Positions 17,745 through 27,837 of a stretch of 64,000 nucleotides of DNA are shown in pieces. The DNA comes from a virus. The notes beneath the pieces were generated by a model. It was given only the letters and a program-made list of their open reading frames with translations, did not search any database and was not told the DNA's origin. Position numbers and translations under genes: made by a program. The first letter of the stretch is position 1. Every line of letters starts with the position of its first letter. The stretch is from the IMG/VR virus record IMGVR_UViG_3300042691_044682, positions 1 to 64,000 of that record; one strand, written 5' to 3'.

Positions 17745-18179
17745 TCACGACGCCACCGCCCGCCACGCCTCGGCACGCAGCAGCGCCGCCACCAGGGCCG
17801 CCGCCGGCGCCCCCGCCCGCCCCGCGAACGCCCGCCCCTTGTAGGCCGGCGTCCAGCAGCACCCCTCGTAGCGCCGCGGCGCGCCGATCCCCTGCACCTT
17901 CACCGACGGCAGCCAGCCCAGCCGCTCGCACTCCGTCCAGGCGCGCCCGAGATCCTCGGCATAGCGCGGCGGCACATCGCCCGACGCCGTCCAACTCATG
18001 TCGCCGCGACGCCAGGCCACGCGCGCCTGCCAGACGAGCAGGCTCGTCTCGATCGGGCGCAGCTGGCTCTCCCAGCCCAGCGCCAGGGCGACGGCATCGC
18101 ACAGCTGGTCGACATCAGCACCGTCGGCCTCGAGCTGCTTGGCCAGCCGGAGGAGGTCAGCAGAGCGCGCCTCGCTCAT
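17745..18179 (-). CDS. Hypothetical protein
   Basis: MSEARSADLL..., coupled to neighbours. Confidence 0.55.
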   Translation of the reverse strand: MSEARSADLLRLAKQLEADGADVDQLCDAVALALGWESQLRPIETSLLVWQARVAWRRGDMSWTASGDVPPRYAEDLGRAWTECERLGWLPSVKVQGIGAPRRYEGCCWTPAYKGRAFAGRAGAPAAALVAALLRAEAWRAVAS

Positions 18180-18520
18180 CACGCCACCACGCCGAACGAG
18201 ACGCGGATCTCGCCGCGCTTGAAGACCAGGGTGTCGCCCGGCGCGATGGCGGGCAGGTTGAACAGCGGCACGGTCGACAGCAGCGGCGCGGTCCGCCCCT
18301 CGGCCAGGAAGGCCTCCATGGAGATCGGCACATGCGCGGCGCGGCAGAGCGGCGGCGCCGGCCACTCCACGATGGCAAGGTTCTCGAAGCCGCGCTCGGC
18401 CGGCCCGAAGGTCACGGCCTTGCGCTCGGCGTAGGGGACCAGGCCATCCGTCCCCGGCGGCACCCAGGCCGGCGCCAGCCAGAGGACGAACATCTCGCTC
18501 GCGGGCGGAAGATCGCTCAT
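18179..18520 (-). CDS. Hypothetical protein
   Basis: Coupled ORF. Confidence 0.55.
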   Translation of the reverse strand: MSDLPPASEMFVLWLAPAWVPPGTDGLVPYAERKAVTFGPAERGFENLAIVEWPAPPLCRAAHVPISMEAFLAEGRTAPLLSTVPLFNLPAIAPGDTLVFKRGEIRVSFGVVA

Positions 18521-18792
18521 GCCCGCCCCACCGCCGCGCTCTCGGCCAGCTCGACGAGCTGCGCGGCTTCGATGAGGCGCGCGGCCACGGCGCGAGCCTC
18601 ATGCGCGCCCAACGGCAGCGAGGTGGCCAGCGCGCCCATGACATTGATCGCGACGACCACCTGGTAGACCGGGTGCGCCTCGCTCCCGAAGCGCGCAGAG
18701 GCGATGCGGAGGACGAACGGACGGCCTTCGGTGAGAGGCCACGCCTCCGCGCCATCAGGCTCGCCACCCGGCTCGCGCACGTCCTCGCTCAT
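18517..18792 (-). CDS. Hypothetical protein, first gene of the leftward unit
   Basis: GGAGG RBS before ATG 18792. Confidence 0.55.
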   Translation of the reverse strand: MSEDVREPGGEPDGAEAWPLTEGRPFVLRIASARFGSEAHPVYQVVVAINVMGALATSLPLGAHEARAVAARLIEAAQLVELAESAAVGRA

Positions 18793-18799
18793 AGGCCCT

Positions 18800-18940
18800 C
18801 CAGCCACCATATGCGGCTGGCAATCTACCACAGTTTTCTGTTATTCTGCCAAGCGCGATGTTGATACCGTTGCGAACACGCACCATATTACCTGGGACGC
18901 GCGCCTTGCCGGCCGCGTCATCCCCCAACATCGCCAAGGA
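18800..18940. promoter_or_regulatory. Divergent promoter region
   Basis: AT-rich gap between divergent units; TTGATA-N17-CATATT on +. Confidence 0.5.
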
Positions 18941-18948
18941 AGACCGCC

Positions 18949-19503
18949 ATGCCCTCCGGACATGACGCGCCCACGCACCCGAACTGCTGGGTCCTCATCG
19001 GACTCCCCGCATCGGGCAAGACCACCTGGCGGCGAGCCCAGATCGAGCGCCGCGCGCGCCTCGATCGCAGCCTGACCGTCATCAGCACCGACGACCTCAT
19101 CGAGCAGATCGCCGGCGCCATCGGCGTCACCTACTCCGACGCCTTCCGCATGATCGAGCACCAGGCGCTTCTCGCTCACGTGAAGCGCCAGTTCCGCGAC
19201 GCCGCCGACCGGCGCGATGACCTGATCATCGATCGGACCAACCTCTACCCGACCTCACGCGCCACCTGGCTCGGCCGGCTCGCCGGCTACCGCAAGATCG
19301 CCGTGGTGTTCGAGGTGAGCGAGGCCGAGCACACCGAACGCCTGGCCATGGCCGGCTGGAACGGGAAAGTCATCCCGCCCGCCGTGCTCGACGACATGCG
19401 CTCGAAGTTCGTCCGCCCCATGAAGGACGAAGGCTTCGACATGGTCTGGACCTACCGGGACGGGGTGCCCGTCACCCCCTCCCCCGTCGCCGTCGCCGCA
19501 TGA
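18949..19503 (+). CDS. P-loop kinase (AAA_33 / polynucleotide-kinase-like)
   Basis: LIGLPASGKTT, ISTDD, IIDRTN, R..W and EGFD motifs. Confidence 0.85.
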   Translation: MPSGHDAPTHPNCWVLIGLPASGKTTWRRAQIERRARLDRSLTVISTDDLIEQIAGAIGVTYSDAFRMIEHQALLAHVKRQFRDAADRRDDLIIDRTNLYPTSRATWLGRLAGYRKIAVVFEVSEAEHTERLAMAGWNGKVIPPAVLDDMRSKFVRPMKDEGFDMVWTYRDGVPVTPSPVAVAA

Positions 19504-19595
19504 CCCCCGGCGCCTCCACCCGAGGCGCCGGCCCTCGCCCGCCACCCGGCGGGCCCGCTGAGCCCGGCCGGTCCGCCGGGCAGAAAGGGAACACT

Positions 19596-20036
19596 ATGAG
19601 CCGCAGGCCCATCCCCGCCCGACACCCCGACCAGCACCTGGTCGTCGCCGGGTGGGATCCTCCGCTCAACACCTTTTTCGCCGTCGTCCAGTTGCGGGCC
19701 CACCTCCGCGACCCCGACGACGAGGAAGACGGCGTCATCCTCTCCCTCGGGGACGATGGCACCACCATCGACACCCCGAAGGACCTCGCCGAGCGCATCA
19801 AGGCCTACGCCGAGCTCGACGAGATGACCCTCCTCCGCCTCGCCGCGGACCGGGTCATCAACGACGGACGGACGCCGAACTACATCGCCGACGGCCGCGC
19901 CGCCCAGGCCTTCACCGCCCTGGGCTTCGAGACCGCCTACGAAGGCCTCATGAGCCAGCAGCCGGCGCCCCGGCACCAGCATCCGAGGATCGCCGAATTC
20001 GTGGCGAACCTGCGTGCTTCGCTGACCGATCCCTGA
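19596..20036 (+). CDS. Hypothetical protein
   Basis: RBS; VAGWDPPLNTFFA motif. Confidence 0.65.
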   Translation: MSRRPIPARHPDQHLVVAGWDPPLNTFFAVVQLRAHLRDPDDEEDGVILSLGDDGTTIDTPKDLAERIKAYAELDEMTLLRLAADRVINDGRTPNYIADGRAAQAFTALGFETAYEGLMSQQPAPRHQHPRIAEFVANLRASLTDP

Positions 20037-20134
20037 CCCGAACGCCATCGGCGCCCCCGCGCGCCGATGCGCAAGCTGACCCGCCCGCTCCCCGGGCAGC
20101 CCGTCGTGGCCACAGGGAGCGATGGAATCCCACC

Positions 20135-20389
20135 ATGCCGAAGATGAACCCCGCCGAACGCATCGCCATCCGCCTGGAGGTGCTCGAGGAGATCCTCTCG
20201 CTCGCCCAGGATGGCGAGAACCTCCGCTTCGTCGATGTCGCCCTCATCGAGGCGCGCATCAGCGCGCTGAAGATGGTCGCCTCCGACATCGCCGCCACCA
20301 CGCGCGCCCCGAAGCGCGCCGACGGCGAGTATCCCCACCTGCCCGCCGCCAGGGCCGCGAAGGCGGCCAAGCGCGCCGGCAACGCCTGA
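20135..20389 (+). CDS. Hypothetical protein
   Basis: Leader motif then ATG. Confidence 0.6.
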   Translation: MPKMNPAERIAIRLEVLEEILSLAQDGENLRFVDVALIEARISALKMVASDIAATTRAPKRADGEYPHLPAARAAKAAKRAGNA

Positions 20390-20505
20390 GCCGAATGCCC
20401 GCCGCCAGCAACCCTTTAGCCCCGCTTAATGGTTGCTGGTGCGCATGCAGTACCGCCCGCCCCCGGGCTGCCCGCCGTGGCTGTAGGGGCGCATGGACAC
20501 CACCC

Positions 20506-21183
20506 ATGAACACCGACCCCGCGGCCCTGCGCGAGACCCTCGCGAAGTGCCGCGACATGATCGCGACGGAACTCGACGCGCTGCTCAACTGCTGCTGCGT
20601 GCTCGACTACCCGGACGGCAACGACGGCCAGCCCGTCCCGCGCCGAGACACCCTCGACGAGGGCGCCAAGCCCGAGGTCGAGGCCATGGAAGCCGTCCTG
20701 GCCGACATGCGCGCCATCGCCAGCTTCACCATCGGCGAGCGCGTCCAGCTGGCCCGCGACGTCGAGATCTTCGACCTCGGCGTCTGGCGCGCCGGCACCA
20801 CCGGCACCGTCACCTGGGCCGCCCCGCCCACCGGCAAGCTCGATGACGGCCTCCTCGCCACCATCGAGCTCGACGGCGACCACCCCGCCCTGGCGGAGTG
20901 GGACGGCTGCCTGCAGGTGTACCTCAACGCGGACGACGACTGCCCCTGGTGGAAGTGGATGCCGGCCTCGGCCGCGCAGCCACACGCCTCGTACGATCTC
21001 GAGCCGCACAGCTGGGTCTGGTGCACCGTGGAGACGCCCAGCGTCTTCAAGGATCACCGCCTGCCCGACGACCCCAGCCGCAAGGCATGGACCGACGAGC
21101 ACAAGGCCGCCTGGGCCGAACTCGAGGCGCTGGCCGAACAGCACGGCACCTCGATCCGGACATCATCATACCGCCGCGGCTGA
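20506..21183 (+). CDS. Hypothetical protein
   Basis: Leader motif then ATG. Confidence 0.65.
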   Translation: MNTDPAALRETLAKCRDMIATELDALLNCCCVLDYPDGNDGQPVPRRDTLDEGAKPEVEAMEAVLADMRAIASFTIGERVQLARDVEIFDLGVWRAGTTGTVTWAAPPTGKLDDGLLATIELDGDHPALAEWDGCLQVYLNADDDCPWWKWMPASAAQPHASYDLEPHSWVWCTVETPSVFKDHRLPDDPSRKAWTDEHKAAWAELEALAEQHGTSIRTSSYRRG

Positions 21184-21303
21184 CCGCCGCATCGCGGGCC
21201 GCCGGGAACCTTCAAGCGAAACACGAAGGTTCCCGGCGCGCCAACGGATCGCCGCCGCCCTCCCGGCACCGTCCTTCGAGACGGAGGGCATAGGAGACAC
21301 CGC

Positions 21304-21876
21304 ATGGGCAACCGTGCACACGTCCAGTTCCAGACCAGGGAAGAGCGGGCGACAGCCCAGACCTACTTGCACTGGAATGGCTCCATTGACAGCGTGGCCG
21401 CCTTCATGGTCATCGCCACCGAGCTCGGCGGCCACCCGGCCCTGCCGAGCGCGTTCACCGCGCGCTTCATCGCCGCGGCGACGCTCTTCGCTGCCACCCG
21501 CGACCACCTCACGGTCTACGTGCAGGAGCCGGATCGGTACCCGATCAAGGGTCCGACCCAGCAATCCGACAACGGCCGGATGCACTGGACCTGGACCCGC
21601 CCGGAGATCCCGGGCGATGAGGAGGTCGTGATGGTGGACACGCCATCCGGTCCCTTGATCCACCCGAGCCATCAGCTGCGCGGGTTCGAGCTCACCTGGG
21701 ACCACGACGGCAAGATCGATCGCCTCTCGTGGGCGCAGGTCTTGGACCTCGTGAAGGCGGACCGCTACTGGGCGCCGGACCGCCACATCCTGCCGACCGC
21801 CCGGAAGCTCTTCCACCCCGACGCGCTCTATCCGCCCCTGCCGGAACTGGCCTTCAGCCATCCGGCCGTGGCGTAG
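21304..21876 (+). CDS. Hypothetical protein
   Basis: AGGAG RBS; MGNRA...YLHWNG motif common in phages. Confidence 0.7.
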   Translation: MGNRAHVQFQTREERATAQTYLHWNGSIDSVAAFMVIATELGGHPALPSAFTARFIAAATLFAATRDHLTVYVQEPDRYPIKGPTQQSDNGRMHWTWTRPEIPGDEEVVMVDTPSGPLIHPSHQLRGFELTWDHDGKIDRLSWAQVLDLVKADRYWAPDRHILPTARKLFHPDALYPPLPELAFSHPAVA

Positions 21877-21976
21877 CGCGCCACCCCACCGCAAGCCGGC
21901 CGTCGCAAGGCGGCCGGTCTTGCCGGTCCTCAGCCCCCGGGCCCGGCCCGTCGCGAATGGGGGCAGGAGCATTCAA

Positions 21977-22258
21977 ATGCCCGACGAATACATCGCGCAG
22001 GACCTCGACGCGCCGCCCTTCGTGCCTGGCAGCCCGGCCCACACGGTCGCGCTGGCGGGCGCGCTGGCGGCCGGACAGGCGGCCGGAGCCCTTCGCAAGT
22101 CCGGCCTCTACCTGCCCCACGCCAGCCCGCCCGGCATGCACGGAAACCCCGAGGATTTCGGGGCGTTCCAGTGGGCCGAGGCGGCCGGCTACGGGCACCC
22201 GAGCCTGCGCAGCGTGTTCACCCACGGCTTCCTGTCCATCTTGGGCAAGGAGTCCTGA
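21977..22258 (+). CDS. Hypothetical protein
   Basis: Leader plus AGGAG. Confidence 0.6.
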   Translation: MPDEYIAQDLDAPPFVPGSPAHTVALAGALAAGQAAGALRKSGLYLPHASPPGMHGNPEDFGAFQWAEAAGYGHPSLRSVFTHGFLSILGKES

Positions 22259-22260
22259 CC

Positions 22261-22542
22261 ATGGCCGAGATCTTCTTCCTCGCCATGGATCTCGGCAACG
22301 ACGCGTTCGGGCACCAGCCCGATCGCGCCGCGACCGCCGACGACATGCGGCCCGAAGTGGTGCGCATCCTGAAGAACCTGGCCGATCGCGTCGAAGCCGG
22401 CGGCCCCATCCAGACGGATGGGTCCTACCGGCTGATCGACAGCAACGGCAACACGGTCGGCTACGCCGGCGTGAAGGAGGACGGACCGCGGCGCTCCCCC
22501 CTCATTTGGGAGGGCCTCGCCCGCCTCGTCGACGGCGAATGA
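22261..22542 (+). CDS. Hypothetical protein
   Basis: AAGGAG; NDAF...EVVRIL..LA...D.NGNTVG. Confidence 0.65.
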   Translation: MAEIFFLAMDLGNDAFGHQPDRAATADDMRPEVVRILKNLADRVEAGGPIQTDGSYRLIDSNGNTVGYAGVKEDGPRRSPLIWEGLARLVDGE

Positions 22543-22632
22543 GCCTGCCGCCGCCAGGGCAACCTGGCGGCGCGCAAGCTGCGCCTCGCCCCCGGGCACA
22601 GCCCGTCGATCACAGGGGGCACGGAGACCGCA

Positions 22633-23082
22633 ATGCGGGATTTCGTCGACATCGGGGGCACGCCTCATGACGAGGAGTGCGCCCAGATCGGGGACAGCTT
22701 TCCCCATGGCCAGGAGCTCAACAAGCTCGAGTGCCGCGCCTACATCCTTGCGCTGCGCCGCCACTACGGGCCCGAGCCCGACGGCGCCTCGCTGGTGATC
22801 AAGGCCAACCCCCACGACTTCGGGACCTGGCGGGAGGTGCGCTGCACCTTCGAGCGGGAGAACGAAGCCGCGCGCGAGTACGCCTACAAGGTCGAGAACG
22901 GACTGCGCTTCTGGGCGCACGGCTGCCTATCGGCCCCGGTGGTGTACGACGACAGGGGGCGACCGAAGACCATCCGCACCAAGGATGGCGACGTGCCCTT
23001 CACCGAGGACGCGATCGCCCAGGCGTCGGCCGATGCCTGCTGCTGGCCGGAGGAACAGCCATTACCAGCCCCGATCGCATGA
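22633..23082 (+). CDS. Conserved phage hypothetical protein
   Basis: IG.TP.DE.CAQIG...NPHDFGT..EV motif. Confidence 0.7.
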   Translation: MRDFVDIGGTPHDEECAQIGDSFPHGQELNKLECRAYILALRRHYGPEPDGASLVIKANPHDFGTWREVRCTFERENEAAREYAYKVENGLRFWAHGCLSAPVVYDDRGRPKTIRTKDGDVPFTEDAIAQASADACCWPEEQPLPAPIA

Positions 23083-23414
23083 CCGCCCTGCCCGAGCTGC
23101 TCGGCCTCGCCGAGCACGCCCGCAAGAGCCACGCCTACTGGCTGCGCTGCGCCCGTGAGGGCGGCAACGGCCAGTACGGCCGGGCCTACTGCCTCGACGG
23201 CGCCGCAACGTGGCGCCGTCGCCTCGGCCAGCTGCTCGCAGAGATCCGCGCGCGGCCGGACGAGCTCGCCGCCCTGCGGCGCCGCCAGGCGCTCAAGGCC
23301 CAGCGGGACAAGCTGCACCAGCAGCAGGCCAAGCTCGCCAAGTCCTACGCGAGCCGGATGAAGAAGCTCGAGGGACGGCTCGTCGCCGTCGATCGCGAGC
23401 TCGGCAGGACCTGA
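23079..23414 (+). CDS. Hypothetical coiled-coil protein
   Basis: ATGA-coupled. Confidence 0.6.
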   Translation: MTALPELLGLAEHARKSHAYWLRCAREGGNGQYGRAYCLDGAATWRRRLGQLLAEIRARPDELAALRRRQALKAQRDKLHQQQAKLAKSYASRMKKLEGRLVAVDRELGRT

Positions 23415-23501
23415 GAGTCCGGCGCCCCTCCGGGGGCGCCGGCGCTAGTGGCACCACGCCCCCGGGTGCCGCCCTTCGAGGGAGGGGGCAGGAGCATTCA
23501 C

Positions 23502-23915
23502 ATGCCCGAGAAGACCGTCGAATTCAGCAAGGAGGGCCTCAAGCGCTCCGGCTTCGACGACGACGTGAAGGCCGCCCTGCAGCCGATCTGCGACGCCTAT
23601 GGCGTCGAGGTCGAGCTGCGCGGCGGCATCATCGACCGCCCGGTCGCCTACACGATGAAGGTCCACTTCACGAAGGCCGACCCGGCCGCGGAGCGCACGG
23701 CCTTCGAGCGGTGGTGCCGCAGCTTCGGCGTCATGCCGGAGCAATACGGCCACCGCTTCACCAACGGCGGCGTGGAGTTCGAGCTCATCGGATTCGAGCC
23801 GGGCCGGCCCAAGTTCCCCCTCAAGGGACGGCGGGTCCAGGACGGCAAGGTCCTGCTCTTCACCAGGGCGTCGGCGAAGCACCTGACGCCCCCGCCCCAG
23901 GCCGCCGCGGCCTGA
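23502..23915 (+). CDS. Hypothetical protein
   Basis: Leader plus AGGAG. Confidence 0.65.
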   Translation: MPEKTVEFSKEGLKRSGFDDDVKAALQPICDAYGVEVELRGGIIDRPVAYTMKVHFTKADPAAERTAFERWCRSFGVMPEQYGHRFTNGGVEFELIGFEPGRPKFPLKGRRVQDGKVLLFTRASAKHLTPPPQAAAA

Positions 23916-24012
23916 GCGAACGCCTGGCGCCCTGAAAGGGGCGCCAGTGCAAGCGGCGCCTACGCCCCCCGGGCTCCGCCCGTCGAGAATGGGGGGCAAG
24001 GAGACCATCACC

Positions 24013-24459
24013 ATGGCCTTCGAATACGCGCTCGCCCGGCTCAAGCCGAGACCGAGCGCCTGGAACCTGTTCCATACCCGCGAGGAGGCGGAAGCCTCCC
24101 TGCCCGCGCTCAATGCCAGGCCCAAAGAGCCGGATGAGGATGCCTACCGGGTCATGACCCGGCAGGAATTCCAGACGGCCCAGGAGGCCTACTGGCTGGG
24201 CGACGGCGGGCTCACCGAGATCACGGCCGAGCGGTACGACGAGATGCTCAACGTCCTGCCGCCGGTCGCCTGGGAGCGCCAGGAGGGAGTGGAGCGGTTC
24301 CTGATGAGCGAGTTCACCATCGGCAACCTCACCGAGCAGTACGCCCAGGCCCATGGGCGCTTCTTCTGCCGGATCGTGAACGCGCACGACCGCTCGACCT
24401 GGATTACCGGCGCCGAGATCGCCCGGCACGTCCAGGCCGAGCAGACGGTGGGGGCATGA
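24013..24459 (+). CDS. DUF1419-like hypothetical protein
   Basis: EITAERYDEMLNVLPP...F.MSE motif. Confidence 0.55.
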   Translation: MAFEYALARLKPRPSAWNLFHTREEAEASLPALNARPKEPDEDAYRVMTRQEFQTAQEAYWLGDGGLTEITAERYDEMLNVLPPVAWERQEGVERFLMSEFTIGNLTEQYAQAHGRFFCRIVNAHDRSTWITGAEIARHVQAEQTVGA

Positions 24460-24797
24460 CAGCCCTCCCCCGCTTCAAGATCGGCACGAACCGCGGCCGC
24501 CGGCGCATCTGGCTGGACGGCCGGCGGCTGGCCGATGCGGGCTTCGTAGGCGGCACCGTCTACGAGTGCCTGGTGCGCCGGGGGGAGATCGTCTGCACGA
24601 TCCCCGAACCCGGCGACCGCGAGCCGATCGCGCCCCCGCCCGCGGGGGCGACGGTCGGCCAGCGGAAGGTGACCGGCCGGCCCGACGGCAAGCCGATCAT
24701 CGACATCTCCGGGAAGGCGGTGGAGACCGCCTTCCCCGCCGCCGAGACGGTGAAGGTCCGGTTCGAACCGGGCCGCATTACCATCACGAGCGGCTGA
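24456..24797 (+). CDS. Hypothetical protein
   Basis: ATGA-coupled; IGTNRGRRRIWLDG. Confidence 0.6.
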   Translation: MTALPRFKIGTNRGRRRIWLDGRRLADAGFVGGTVYECLVRRGEIVCTIPEPGDREPIAPPPAGATVGQRKVTGRPDGKPIIDISGKAVETAFPAAETVKVRFEPGRITITSG

Positions 24798-24887
24798 CCG
24801 AACGCCGCCGGCGCCCCCGCGCGCCGGCGCGCATGCATCCCTCCGCCCCCAGGGGATGCCCGTCGCGAACGGGGGCAAGGAGTTCCC

Positions 24888-25121
24888 ATGGAACACGAGA
24901 CCAAAGTGCCGCTCCCGCTCACCATCGGCGAAAGCTACATCGGTGACGGGGTCTATGCCCGGTTCGACGGATACCAGATCTGGATCCACGCCGATCGCGA
25001 TGGCAGGCGGCACGAGATCGCCCTCGAGTGGCGCACGCTCGAGGGCCTTAACCACTATGCGGCCCGCCTGGCCGAAGCCCTGAAGACCCAGCATACGGCC
25101 GCGGCAAAGCCGCCGGCCTGA
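24888..25121 (+). CDS. Hypothetical protein
   Basis: YIGDGVYARFDGYQIW motif; RBS. Confidence 0.65.
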   Translation: MEHETKVPLPLTIGESYIGDGVYARFDGYQIWIHADRDGRRHEIALEWRTLEGLNHYAARLAEALKTQHTAAAKPPA

Positions 25122-25417
25122 TGACGCTCCAGGAGGTCAAGCGCCTGCTCCGCCATGGCCCATGGGCCTGGCCGGGCGGGTACCCGCTCTACCTGGTCTG
25201 CGACGATGGCGGAGCCCTGTGCTTCACCTGCGCCCGCAAGGAGTGGCGCCAGGTGGTCAGCGCGCACCTGCGCCCTTGGGCGCAGAATGCCGAGATCGAC
25301 CAGTGGCGCATCGCTACCTACGACACGAACTGGGAAGACCCCGAGCTGCAGTGCGAGCACTGCGGCAAGCGGATCCAGAGCGCGTACGCCGAAGACGAGG
25401 CCGTCCAGGCCTCGTGA
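25121..25417 (+). CDS. Zinc-binding hypothetical protein
   Basis: AWPGGYP, CFTC and CEHC. Confidence 0.7.
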   Translation: MTLQEVKRLLRHGPWAWPGGYPLYLVCDDGGALCFTCARKEWRQVVSAHLRPWAQNAEIDQWRIATYDTNWEDPELQCEHCGKRIQSAYAEDEAVQAS

Positions 25418-25509
25418 CCCGACTGCCTGGCGCCCTCCGGGGCGCCAGCGCAAGCGACGCCTACGCCCCCGGGCTTCGCCCGTCGAGACAGGGGGCAAGG
25501 AGTTTCCTC

Positions 25510-25983
25510 TTGGAAAGCCCACCGAATTCCGACGACACCGTCGTCCAGCTCGCAATGGAGGCGGCCACCAACGCCGCCGCCAAGGTCGTCCAGGATCATC
25601 TCGGCGTCACCACCGGCGACTATGCCGCCCAGTGGTGGAGCGGCGCCGATGAACGCTATCCCGGCATCGAAAACCGCCATGGCTTCCTGGGCGCGCTGCG
25701 CGACTACCTGCGTGACCAGCGCGAGCGGGTCGAGGCGGACAACGATTCGGTCGAGGCCGCCCTGCAGTACGCGATCTACGTGCTGCGGGAGCAGACTGGA
25801 CCGATCCCCGAGCGGGCCACCGCGGCCATCAAATGGCTCGAGGACATCCTGGCCCAGCGCGACTGCGCGAACTGGGGCTACGTCGACCTCCAGCCCGACG
25901 ACAAGGGCGTCGTCCGGATCACGACCCGCGGTGAAGGCTGCGATCGGCTCACCAGCCTGATCAGCACCATCATCCGCGGCTGA
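25510..25983 (+). CDS. Hypothetical protein
   Basis: TTG after leader and AAGGAG. Confidence 0.55.
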   Translation: MESPPNSDDTVVQLAMEAATNAAAKVVQDHLGVTTGDYAAQWWSGADERYPGIENRHGFLGALRDYLRDQRERVEADNDSVEAALQYAIYVLREQTGPIPERATAAIKWLEDILAQRDCANWGYVDLQPDDKGVVRITTRGEGCDRLTSLISTIIRG

Positions 25984-26158
25984 GAAGGCCGGGCGACCGT
26001 CAAGGAGATTTTCCCGCCGAAAATCGCCCCAGCGGTCGCCCGCCACCAGCAATGCCTACGCCCCCGGGCCTTGCCCGTCGATCACAGGGGGCGGGAGAAA
26101 ACCCGTGAAACAACACTCGCCTGTGATAGCGTCGAAGCCCCGTCCATGGAGGCCCTCG

Positions 26159-26392
26159 ATGCGGATCCTGCCCCTCGCCACCCTTCTGGCGCTCGGCGCC
26201 TGCGCCCTCGAGACCACCTACGTGCCCGTCGGCCAGACCAATGGGCCGATGGAGCAGGCGCGGGCGCGCTGCCAGTTCCAGACCGCGAGCTCGCCCGCCC
26301 TCATCGTGAACGGCGGGCTCAGCACCTCGTTCTCCCTCATGGAGACGTGCATGCGCGGCGAGGGCTACGCGACGGTGGTGGTTCGCCGCTGA
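26159..26392 (+). CDS. Small lipoprotein
   Basis: MRILPLATLLALGA-C lipobox; C...CM..GY. Confidence 0.6.
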   Translation: MRILPLATLLALGACALETTYVPVGQTNGPMEQARARCQFQTASSPALIVNGGLSTSFSLMETCMRGEGYATVVVRR

Positions 26393-26560
26393 GCAAGCGG
26401 TTTCTGCCGCCGAAAATGGCGATCAAAACCCGATCAAGACGAAAAATGGCGGATTTCTGCCGTTTTTCTTCGTGTTTGGGGTTGTTTTCCTAGCCGCAAT
26501 CACCATTTCTCTATCGTGACAGACAGGCATCCCGCCTGCTGCACGATGGAGAACGAACCC

Positions 26561-26719
26561 ATGCTCAACCTGGCTTTCATCCCCATCCGCCTCGTCCCCT
26601 ACCTCCTGGTGGGCGCCGGCGCCGTCATCGGCGTCGCCGGCACGCTGCTCACCGAACACCGTCTTTTGCCCTGGCTGGCCAAGGACGGTGACGAGAAGGG
26701 CAAGAAGGCGGAAGCCTGA
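26561..26719 (+). CDS. Small membrane protein
   Basis: One transmembrane segment; RBS. Confidence 0.5.
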   Translation: MLNLAFIPIRLVPYLLVGAGAVIGVAGTLLTEHRLLPWLAKDGDEKGKKAEA

Positions 26720-26731
26720 GCCACAAAGCGA

Positions 26732-26825
26732 GCCCCCGGCGCCGAAACGCCGGGGGCCGCTGGAGCCTTGCAGTGCCGAGCCCAGCCAAGCCATGCGCTA
26801 CCCCGCCTGGCCTGCCGCACCGGCC
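26732..26825 (-). ncRNA. Orphan single-unit GGY-NN RNA (unit C)
   Basis: GGCA plus 10 pentamers (26812-26763), 10-bp hairpin at 26732-26757, promoter immediately upstream. Confidence 0.7.
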
Positions 26826-26828
26826 ACG

Positions 26829-26857
26829 AGAATCACACAGAACTAGGTTCCTCTCAA
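26829..26857 (-). promoter_or_regulatory. Sigma70-like promoter for the orphan unit
   Basis: TTGAGA-N17-GATTCT. Confidence 0.5.
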
Positions 26858-26939
26858 GTCGAACGTGCATCCGCACCAACGGATCGCCGCCGCCTCCCCG
26901 GCACCGTCCTTCGAGACGGGAGGCATGGAGAACTGCCCT

Positions 26940-27209
26940 ATGGCCGTCCCCCAGATCGTCATCGCCGCAGCCCCCTACGCGGGCGCGCTCGCCTTCACCA
27001 CCCTGCGGCTCGCCGCCGCCGGGTTCGGCCTGGTCGCCGGCCTCTGGGCCGCCGACAAGGCCTTCGGCTTCAGCCGGAAGGCGGACGCCCAGCAGCAGGC
27101 GCTGCTCGACATGATCAACAAGCAGCCCACCGCGGAAGGCGGCGACCCCGTCGCCGCCCCGCCCCCGACGCCGAACGGCCTGGACCCCCACCCCGCGGGC
27201 CAGGCCTGA
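26940..27209 (+). CDS. Small membrane protein
   Basis: Leader plus RBS; hydrophobic. Confidence 0.55.
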   Translation: MAVPQIVIAAAPYAGALAFTTLRLAAAGFGLVAGLWAADKAFGFSRKADAQQQALLDMINKQPTAEGGDPVAAPPPTPNGLDPHPAGQA

Positions 27210-27346
27210 CGGCCAGAAGCCCCCCGGTGCCCCCGCGCCGGGGGGCTTCGTCGTTCCTGCATCCCATTGAAATCTAGGAACAAATCCCCATGTAACTGGT
27301 ACGCCGCGGCATCCCGCCCGGCGCCCCCCCCACATGGAGAACCACC

Positions 27347-27739
27347 ATGCAGGAGCAGCTCGTCGAGCTGCCCCACAGCCCTTATGCGGCGCTGTGGGCG
27401 ACGCTCGACAAGGACGCGCTCGCCATCGCCGAAACCAGAGGCTGGCATGAGCTCAAGCCCAACCAGGAACCGCCTTACGAGGAGTGGCTAGGCCACATCA
27501 TCCTCGCCGGCGGTCACTTCATGCTCCGTCGCGACGCCTTCGAGCTCGCGACGTGGCTGGGCGACAACGAGCTCATGGGACGCCTCTTCGACGCCCTCCC
27601 ATGGGCCGGTGACACCCTCGCCCCCCTCACGCTCGAGGAGGTCAAGGCAGACCTGCGCGCCTTCATCGCCCCCATCCAGGAGACCATCGCGGACGAGAAC
27701 CAGTCCGAAATCCCCTGGCACGCGGCACAAGCCGCCTAG
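27347..27739 (+). CDS. Hypothetical protein
   Basis: GGAGA RBS. Confidence 0.65.
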   Translation: MQEQLVELPHSPYAALWATLDKDALAIAETRGWHELKPNQEPPYEEWLGHIILAGGHFMLRRDAFELATWLGDNELMGRLFDALPWAGDTLAPLTLEEVKADLRAFIAPIQETIADENQSEIPWHAAQAA

Positions 27740-27837
27740 CCGATACGCCGCCGCCGGCCCCACGCCGGCGGCGCGCGCGCCGGCCCGCCCGCCCCTCGGG
27801 CCGCCCGTCGAGGCAAGCAGGGGCCATGGAGAACACC

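Noticed and set aside
24951-24965. Self-match of unit B6 (GTC TAT GCC CGG TTC, VYARF)
   Set aside because: Only the first 5 of 13 dinucleotides match; plausible by chance.
26003-26012. Contiguous AGGAGATTTT match to concatenated NN of unit C
   Set aside because: Only 10 of 20 nt match, and it does not fit the gapped reading.
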